Source: Desulfocucumaceae bacterium
GTDB lineage: Bacteria; Bacillota; Desulfotomaculia; Desulfotomaculales; Desulfocucumaceae
Length of the DNA stretch: 19,087 nt
Assembly (NCBI GenBank): GCA_045599035.1
Contig: JAZRVI010000007.1
Coordinates: 1 to 19,087, forward strand
Direction of reading: 5' to 3'
The position numbers and the translations under genes are program-made. The notes under the pieces were generated by a model that did not search any database, was not told where the DNA came from, and saw only the letters and a list, made by a program, of their open reading frames with translations. This document shows positions 9,109 to 14,912 of the stretch, piece after piece (position 1 is the first letter of the stretch; each line of letters starts with the position of its first letter).

Positions 9109-9120
9109 AATTAACTTCGT

Positions 9121-9873
9121 TTAATTGTCCAGCTCATTTTTCAATTGAGCCAAACGACTTTCAACTGAATTGTTTTCGGAGCTGGTCGGATTTTGTTGAG
9201 CCTTTAATTGAGCCAGACGATCCTCAACACTGGAGCTGGCAGCACTTTGATTGGCATATTTAGCTTCCAGATCCCTTATATCGCTGTTGGAAGCCAGGTC
9301 ATCATTGAGTTGAGCCGCAGCATTGGCCGCATCAATTCTTTTTTGAACGGCATCCATCAAATTATCCGCATTGCCAAAGCTTACATTGCCGACTTTTTCG
9401 TTAATTTTATTGATTTTTTCCTGTTGTTTGGCTACATTAAGCTGGCGTTTCAGCTCAGATAATTTAGCTTCGGATTTGCTGATATCATCCATCAGGCGTT
9501 TGGTCATCTGCCGCATTTTTTCGGAATTTTCCTGAGCGGCGGCATAAGCCTGTTCCAGACTGGCCAATTTGGGACTCAGATTGTCCACTTGAACCAGGAA
9601 TTTGCGGGCATCGTCATCATTACCGGCCTTTACCGCAGCAACGGCATAGCCTTCATATTTGCTGATTTCGGCTTTGCATTCATCCAGTTTCCGCTTGGCT
9701 CCGGTTTCTTCGGCCATAATTCCGGCGGTTTCTGCCTTAACCTGACTCAGGCTTTCCTTGGCATCCCGCAAGTATTTTTCCAAAAGCTTGTCAGCATTTT
9801 TGCCTTCTGCTTTGCTTAAAACCGATTCCACGGAAGCTCCCATAATATCTGCAAATCTGCTGAGTATACCCAT
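9121..9873 (-). CDS. pspA: Phage-shock protein A / IM30 family (ESCRT-III-like membrane-remodelling protein)
   Basis: 250 aa. N-terminus MGILSRFADIMGASVESVLSKAEG matches the PspA/Vipp1 amphipathic helix. Coiled-coil throughout. C-terminal repeats SVE(D/S)RLAQLK. AAAGGAGG Shine-Dalgarno 7 nt upstream. Confidence 0.9.
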   Translation of the reverse strand: MGILSRFADIMGASVESVLSKAEGKNADKLLEKYLRDAKESLSQVKAETAGIMAEETGAKRKLDECKAEISKYEGYAVAAVKAGNDDDARKFLVQVDNLSPKLASLEQAYAAAQENSEKMRQMTKRLMDDISKSEAKLSELKRQLNVAKQQEKINKINEKVGNVSFGNADNLMDAVQKRIDAANAAAQLNDDLASNSDIRDLEAKYANQSAASSSVEDRLAQLKAQQNPTSSENNSVESRLAQLKNELDN

Positions 9874-9982
9874 ATAAATTCCTCCTTTATATTGATCTGT
9901 TGAATTTATATATTCGCCAAATTTGGGATATTATCCTGCTTTTAATCACAAAAGCTCCAATTCCTACTGGATAAAATTTAGC

Positions 9983-10012
9983 TTGGCTTTTGGGGAAAGC
10001 ATCAACTATAAT
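9983..10012 (+). promoter_or_regulatory. Candidate sigma-A-type promoter for nnr
   Basis: TTGGCT (9983-9988), 18-nt spacer, TATAAT (10007-10012), about 45 nt upstream of the nnr start. Confidence 0.35.
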
Positions 10013-10056
10013 TAATTTGCGGGCTGTAAGTCTGGAACGGGAAAGGAGCGGAATTA

Positions 10057-11607
10057 ATGTCTAAAATTAATATTGTAACCGGTAAGGAAATGAAGGAATT
10101 AGATCGAACCGCCATGCAGGATTATAATATTCCCGGAATTGTTTTAATGGAAAATGCCGGAATTGCGGTAGTTCGGGAAGTTGAAAAAACACTTACTCCT
10201 CTGGTCGGTAAAAAAATTGTGCTGCTGGTGGGCAAGGGCAATAACGGCGGAGATGGTTGGGTCATTGCCCGCCATCTAAAAAATAAAGGAGCCGAAGTTC
10301 AGGTTTTTTTGCTGGCCGATCCGGACAGCATTAAAGGAGACGCACGGATTAATTTTACCATTTGGCAAAAGCTCCAGGGCGAAATTTTCAGTCTGAAACA
10401 GGAAGGAGATTTGAGCTTGTGGCAGCAAAGCTGTGAACAGGCTGATTTATTGATAGATGCTTTGTATGGAACTGGCTTTACAGGAGAAGTGCGGCCTTTT
10501 CCCCGTCAGATTTTGGAGATCATGAATCAGGTCAAAGCCAAGGTTCTGGCCGTGGATATTCCTTCCGGAGTTCATGCAGCTACCGGTCAGGTGGGCGGAA
10601 TAGCGGTCAAGGCGGATCTGACGGTAACCTTTGCTCTGCCCAAGGTGGGGCTGCTGCTTTATCCGGGAGCGGACTATACCGGTAAAATTGTAATAGCAGA
10701 CATTTCCATTCCGCCTGAATTGCTGCAATCTCCAGGCTATTGGGTGCAGGAAGACTTAATCCGCCAGTTTTGGCCGGTACGAGCCAGAAACACCCACAAG
10801 GGCAGCTTTGGCAAGGTGCTGGTTTTGGCCGGTTCTCAAGGTATGCTGGGGGCGGCTTGCCTCAGCTCTTTGGCCTGTGCCAGAACTGGAGCCGGGCTGG
10901 TAACTTTGGCGGTTCCTCAATGGGTGCAAATGGCCGCTTCGGTTAAGCTTACGGAAATTATGACCAGAGCCTTGCCCCAAACCGAAACCGGCTCAGTAGC
11001 TTTATCTGCCTGGCCGCTGCTGCAAAAGCTCCTGGAAAAAGCTCAAGTGATAATTTTGGGGCCGGGACTTTCTACTCATCCCCAAACCGCTGAATTAATC
11101 CGCAAGCTTATTCAGGAAATCAAGATTCCGGCGGTTATTGATGCGGATGGTTTGAATGCTTTGGCCGGACATTTGGAAATTTTGGAGGGAGAACACGCTC
11201 CTTTAATTTTAACCCCGCATCAGGGCGAAATGGCTCGGTTGATAGGGCAGCCCCTGGGAGATAATCTTTTGGAAATTGCCTGTCACTATGCTGCCCGCTG
11301 GCAGGTGACCCTGGTTTTGAAAGGAGCTTCCACTATTATAGCCACTCCGGAGCATTTTTATATTAATTCCACCGGCAATCCAGGCATGGCTACTGGCGGC
11401 AGCGGTGATGTTTTAAGCGGTATTATCGGAAGCTTGCTGGCTCAGGGGTTAAGCCCGGAGGCGGCAGCAGCCAGCGGGGTCTGGCTGCATGGCCGAGCCG
11501 GAGACTGGGCAGCCCGGAGCAAAGGTCAAATGGGTCTGTTGGCCGGAGATTTAATTGATACCTTGCCGCAGGTTCTCAAATCTTTGGAAAATTTAAGTTT
11601 AATTTAA
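10057..11607 (+). CDS. nnr: Bifunctional NAD(P)H-hydrate repair enzyme (NAD(P)HX epimerase + ADP-dependent NAD(P)HX dehydratase), YjeF family
   Basis: 516 aa. N-terminal YjeF-N motif LVGKGNNGGDG. C-terminal carbohydrate-kinase-like domain with GPGL and TGGSGDVLSG. GGAAAGGAG Shine-Dalgarno. Confidence 0.9.
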   Translation: MSKINIVTGKEMKELDRTAMQDYNIPGIVLMENAGIAVVREVEKTLTPLVGKKIVLLVGKGNNGGDGWVIARHLKNKGAEVQVFLLADPDSIKGDARINFTIWQKLQGEIFSLKQEGDLSLWQQSCEQADLLIDALYGTGFTGEVRPFPRQILEIMNQVKAKVLAVDIPSGVHAATGQVGGIAVKADLTVTFALPKVGLLLYPGADYTGKIVIADISIPPELLQSPGYWVQEDLIRQFWPVRARNTHKGSFGKVLVLAGSQGMLGAACLSSLACARTGAGLVTLAVPQWVQMAASVKLTEIMTRALPQTETGSVALSAWPLLQKLLEKAQVIILGPGLSTHPQTAELIRKLIQEIKIPAVIDADGLNALAGHLEILEGEHAPLILTPHQGEMARLIGQPLGDNLLEIACHYAARWQVTLVLKGASTIIATPEHFYINSTGNPGMATGGSGDVLSGIIGSLLAQGLSPEAAAASGVWLHGRAGDWAARSKGQMGLLAGDLIDTLPQVLKSLENLSLI

Positions 11608-11720
11608 GCTTGGCCTGGTAAACTGAAAAAGTACCCGGTAGAAAAGCCGTTAACTTGTATCAGGAAGAATGGGGGGAATTCTTTCTGAACCTGAAGTTAG
11701 TTAAGCTTTTGAATGTGTTG

Positions 11721-11768
11721 AAAGCAAAAACCGCCTTTAGTCAAAAGTGGCGGTTTTTGCTTTTTGGG
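11721..11768. terminator. Bidirectional rho-independent terminator between convergent nnr and the repressor gene
   Basis: Stem GCAAAAACCGCC / GGCGGTTTTTGC with a 13-nt loop, followed by TTTTT on the plus side and an A-run on the other side. Confidence 0.7.
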
Positions 11769-11781
11769 GTTGGGTGAATTG

Positions 11782-12396
11782 CTAAAATTTGCGGCGTAAT
11801 TCAATCACCTTACCCAAAATTTGTATCGGCAGACTTTGAATTTCCTGATTACTATAAAAAATAAGGGGACAGGTCGGATTGCTGGGGATCAAAATAATTC
11901 CTTCCGCTGTTTTTTGAATTCGCCGGATACTTACTTGGCTGTTGCTAACTAAAACTACTGCTATATCGCCATTGTCGCAATCTTCCTGGGTGCTGACAAT
12001 CAGCAAATCCTGATCGAAAAGCTGAGGTTCCATTTCCTGTCCTTGAATTTGCAGGACAAAATAATTGCCCAAACGAGCAGTTTGAGGCGATATTTCTTCG
12101 TAAGATAGAACTTTTTCGGCAATTCGAGCCGGAATGCCCAGAGGAGGCCGAGAGTTAACTGGCAGCCATTGGCCGCCTGCCAAAGAAGGCGAGGGGGAGG
12201 TTTTGGAGCCTAACAAAAAGTCCAAATCGGTTTGCAAAGCCTCGGCCAAACGATGCAGCACAGGCAGTTTGGGGGTGCGAAGACTTTTTTCATAACGGTT
12301 GATGGTTGCTGAAGTAGTTCCAATCAGCCGTCCCAATTCTTGTTGACTTAAATTTTGGCTTTTTCTCAACTGGCGAATTCTTTCTCCAAGAGTCAA
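11782..12396 (-). CDS. LexA/CI-like repressor: XRE-family HTH + S24 peptidase-fold C-terminal domain with a substituted Ser/Lys dyad
   Basis: 204 aa. TTG start with GGAGGAGGT 7 nt upstream. HTH LSQQELGRLIGTTSATINRYEKS. The C-terminal domain aligns by eye with B. subtilis LexA (NGDIAVV, LIPSNP, ILGKVIELRR). GDSM is replaced by GQEM (Ser to Glu) and VKR by IRR (Lys to Arg). Confidence 0.85.
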   Translation of the reverse strand: MTLGERIRQLRKSQNLSQQELGRLIGTTSATINRYEKSLRTPKLPVLHRLAEALQTDLDFLLGSKTSPSPSLAGGQWLPVNSRPPLGIPARIAEKVLSYEEISPQTARLGNYFVLQIQGQEMEPQLFDQDLLIVSTQEDCDNGDIAVVLVSNSQVSIRRIQKTAEGIILIPSNPTCPLIFYSNQEIQSLPIQILGKVIELRRKF

Positions 12397-12419
12397 GAAT
12401 TTACCTCCTCCAGGTTATA

Positions 12420-12434
12420 TTACCAAATTGGTAA
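12420..12434. promoter_or_regulatory. Operator-like perfect palindrome TTACCAAATTGGTAA (op1)
   Basis: A 5+5+5 palindrome located 24-38 bp upstream of the repressor start codon. Confidence 0.45.
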
Positions 12435-12477
12435 GCAAATTCAAATGGATTTATCACCGATTTATTGGAAATTATAC

Positions 12478-12506
12478 TTGACATTACCAAAAAAGTAATA
12501 TATTAT
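12478..12506 (+). promoter_or_regulatory. Sigma-A-type promoter for the 152-aa activator gene, with an embedded operator-like repeat (op2)
   Basis: TTGACA (12478-12483), 17-nt spacer, TATTAT (12501-12506). The spacer itself is TTACCAAAAAAGTAAT (12484-12499), an imperfect copy of the palindrome. Confidence 0.5.
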
Positions 12507-12517
12507 AAGTTTAGCCG

Positions 12518-12532
12518 TTACCTATTTGGTAA
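12518..12532. promoter_or_regulatory. Operator-like perfect palindrome TTACCTATTTGGTAA (op3) at the predicted transcription start
   Basis: Same TTACC-N5-GGTAA architecture as op1. It begins 12 bp downstream of the -10 element. Confidence 0.45.
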
Positions 12533-12577
12533 TATAAATCATTATCCCTTATTATTTCTCAGGAGGTCGATTCAGGC

Positions 12578-13036
12578 ATGAACTTAGTCAAAAGTTGTCC
12601 GGTGGCCAAGGAATTTTTCCGGGAAACGGAACAGCGGCTATATGCTTTTCCCATTTTAGTGGAAAAATTAGACGACGACCGGGAAAGATTGACCGAACTT
12701 ATGCAGGAAGGCTTAAGCGAACACAGCAAATGCCTGGTTCGTTTAAGACGAAACGGAACCCGTCTTAGTTCGGAAGAAATTATCGAAGCATTGACGCAGG
12801 ATCTGCAATCCAATATTGCCCGGGATGAATATGAAGTGGGCATTATGGAAAGAGCCTTGCAATTAATTCAAAGTGATCCCTATTATTATGTGGTTCCGGG
12901 CAAATATTTTGAACGCCTGAACGATGAAGATGTAGCAGACAAAATTGGTTGTGATGCTTCCACCGTTTGGCGGCACCGCAAAAGATTAATTGGTTGCCTG
13001 GCCGTTCGTTTATACGGCACTATTGCCATTCACTAA
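12578..13036 (+). CDS. Small sigma-70-region-4-like transcriptional activator (ArpU/RinA-like phage late-gene regulator family)
   Basis: 152 aa. AGGAGG 11 nt upstream. C-terminal HTH LNDEDVADKIGCDASTVWRHRKRLIGCLAVRL resembles sigma region 4 / ArpU. Transcribed divergently from the S24 repressor. Confidence 0.6.
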   Translation: MNLVKSCPVAKEFFRETEQRLYAFPILVEKLDDDRERLTELMQEGLSEHSKCLVRLRRNGTRLSSEEIIEALTQDLQSNIARDEYEVGIMERALQLIQSDPYYYVVPGKYFERLNDEDVADKIGCDASTVWRHRKRLIGCLAVRLYGTIAIH

Positions 13037-13238
13037 AAAAGAAAACCATAAAAGAAAAAATCAAAAAAATTTTTCAGTTCTTTTTTTGATTAACTAAATT
13101 GTATTATAACATAATTTGGCTTTTGAGAAAGTAAGTTTTTCTGAAAGGTTGTGGGGTAATTTGTAAAAATCAGAGGGAATATTCAGGCTATTCTTGATAC
13201 AGACTGAGTCCAATATTGGTTTAATGATTATTGCAGAC

Positions 13239-13264
13239 AGAGGAGGTTCAGACTGACCTCCTCT
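13239..13264. other. Hairpin with a 9-bp stem (AGAGGAGGT / ACCTCCTCT) and 8-nt loop in the convergent intergenic region
   Basis: Followed on the plus strand by CAAATCAAATTTATTTG, so it may be a weak terminator for the 152-aa gene about 200 nt downstream of its stop. Confidence 0.3.
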
Positions 13265-13330
13265 CAAATCAAATTTATTTGCCCGCTCTTACCTTTGACG
13301 ATCCCCCGCTGCTAAAGCAGCAAGGGATCG

Positions 13331-13368
13331 GTGAAATACTCCGACTTATAGAAGTCGGAGTATTTCAC
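13331..13368. other. Perfect 17-bp inverted repeat with a 4-nt loop, overlapping the stop codon of the downstream membrane-protein gene
   Basis: GTGAAATACTCCGACTT-ATAG-AAGTCGGAGTATTTCAC. An adjacent second GC-rich imperfect hairpin GATCCC..GCTGCT / AGCAGC..GGGATC lies at about 13301-13330. Confidence 0.4.
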
Positions 13369-14258
13369 GGAGTGTCCCCCTGACTTTCCGGATTTTTGGA
13401 TCCAATGCTTTCCCAGGAATTTTCCAGACCGGAAGCCCAATGCACATAGCGGGCATAAGCATAAATGGCCAGATTAACCAAAGCAAAGGTTCCATAAGCA
13501 TATTTTAAGTAGGACGGCAGAGGAAACCAAAGCATCAGAAGCATAACCCCGGCTGCCCACAAATATTCCCGACGGGGCAGGGGTCGAAAACGAGGAACCT
13601 TGACTTTGTTTTCCGGGCTGGGCAGTTCCAGGCCGGTTTGCACCACCAGCTCAGCCAGATAGTCCAAATCCCAAAACCGCAGCAAATAACGGCGGTCAAA
13701 ATACATAGCTTTTTGCAGGGCGGCTGGGCTGAATTGCCCAGCCGCCAGCAGCACTCCACCTTTTAGTTCGGAAGACTGCACCAAATTCAAAAAGCTGGCG
13801 GCTGTTTCTTCTCGAACCGGGTTTTCCCGGCTGGCCGCCAATAACAGCTTAACCCCGTTAATCTCTCCCTGCCAAAGCTTCAGACCTGAATTGCCCTCTT
13901 GCTCCGGGGAAGTCTGCAAAGCCTGACAACCCAGCTTAGTCCACAAATTTTCCCAAAAATCAGCCCATTCTGCTTCTGAGTTTAAAGCCTGAATTTGTTC
14001 CCTGGCCAGCTTGATTAATTGCCGCTGCCTGCTTTGTCTGCCCTGCCAACGCCCCCAATGCCGACGAAGATACCCAAGCAAAAGGGCTTCCAGTCCGGAG
14101 ATCGTCAGCAGCCACAACCAATGGATTGGATAAAGCCAAAGCCAGGTCAAAATCCAAACCAGCATTAAAATTCCGCCAAAATCAAGATGCCGGGCAGCCT
14201 TTTGGCGTTGATCCGCTCCGGTCAAAGCATATTTTTTCCAATTAACTTTAAAAGCCAT
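13365..14258 (-). CDS. Membrane protein with a cytoplasmic restriction-endonuclease-like (Mrr_cat / NERD-like) fold domain, apparently lacking a canonical active site
   Basis: ORF-track 13365..14267 re-started at MAFKVNW (ATG as reverse complement of 14256-14258; AAGGAG 10 nt upstream). Two N-terminal TM helices (ILMLVWILTWLWLYPIHWLWLLTISGL). Central FWENLWTKLGCQAL...GVKLLLAASRE...GGVLLAAGQFSPAALQKAMYFDRRYLLRFWDLDYLAEL fits the Mrr_cat pattern. Two C-terminal TM helices. Confidence 0.65.
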   Translation of the reverse strand: MAFKVNWKKYALTGADQRQKAARHLDFGGILMLVWILTWLWLYPIHWLWLLTISGLEALLLGYLRRHWGRWQGRQSRQRQLIKLAREQIQALNSEAEWADFWENLWTKLGCQALQTSPEQEGNSGLKLWQGEINGVKLLLAASRENPVREETAASFLNLVQSSELKGGVLLAAGQFSPAALQKAMYFDRRYLLRFWDLDYLAELVVQTGLELPSPENKVKVPRFRPLPRREYLWAAGVMLLMLWFPLPSYLKYAYGTFALVNLAIYAYARYVHWASGLENSWESIGSKNPESQGDTP

Positions 14259-14384
14259 TCCTTTCACTCTCCTTCTTAATCCAATTATTTCCTGAATAAA
14301 GCGGCTTTATACCTCCAGTCTTCAGGCATAAAAAAGAGTTTTTTGGCCAAAGCTAAAGCTAAAAGCCGGGAAAGCAGGGGTAGA

Positions 14385-14912
14385 ATGGAATCTCAATTAA
14401 AGCAGATTTTAATTAAATATAATTATAATCCAGAACAATTATTGGCCATTTTGCGGGAAGCCCAGCAGCTTGAAGGATGGCTGAGTCCGGAAACTCAGCA
14501 CTATTTGTCCAGAGAGCTAAAGCTGCCGGAAGCCGAAGTTAATGGAGTGGTTACCTTTTATCACCTTTTTAAAACCAAGCCCCAGGGACAAAAGCAAATT
14601 CGGGTTTGTCTGGGTACAGCCTGTTATGTCCGAGGCGGCAAGGAGCTTTGGCAGGGCTGGCAGAAAGCCTTGAACCTAAAAGAAGGGGAAATCAGTCCGG
14701 ATGGTTTGTTTTCTTTGCATACGGTTCGCTGTATGGGAGCCTGTGGTCTGGCTCCGGTTGTAGCCGTAGATGATGAATTGAAAGGCAACTTTCCCCTGTC
14801 AGATATACCTAAATTAATCCGGCAGCTTCGCAAAGAAGAATCACCTCTTTATTCGGAAGGAGGAAAATCAGATGTTTACCCAGATTCGCCGTCAGTATCA
14901 GCCCATCCTTAA
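14385..14912 (+). CDS. NuoE/HndA/HoxE-like thioredoxin-fold [2Fe-2S] ferredoxin subunit
   Basis: ORF-track 14343 TTG start re-called at ATG 14385 (AGGGG 4 nt upstream). Four-Cys motif CLGTACYVRGG...VRCMGACGLAPVV. The 3' end overlaps the next gene by 41 nt. Confidence 0.8.
   Translation: MESQLKQILIKYNYNPEQLLAILREAQQLEGWLSPETQHYLSRELKLPEAEVNGVVTFYHLFKTKPQGQKQIRVCLGTACYVRGGKELWQGWQKALNLKEGEISPDGLFSLHTVRCMGACGLAPVVAVDDELKGNFPLSDIPKLIRQLRKEESPLYSEGGKSDVYPDSPSVSAHP

Noticed and set aside
9874-9980. Sigma-W-type (TGAAAC-N16-CGTA) or LiaR-type promoter upstream of pspA
   Set aside because: I looked for these motifs on the minus strand and found no convincing match; the elements are only weakly sigma-A-like. 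I left it unannotated.
13061-13089. A/T-only hairpin (TCAAAAAAA / TTTTTTTGA) just after the 152-aa gene
   Set aside because: The stem is purely A:T and is unlikely to form a stable terminator. I noted it only as a possible weak pause site.
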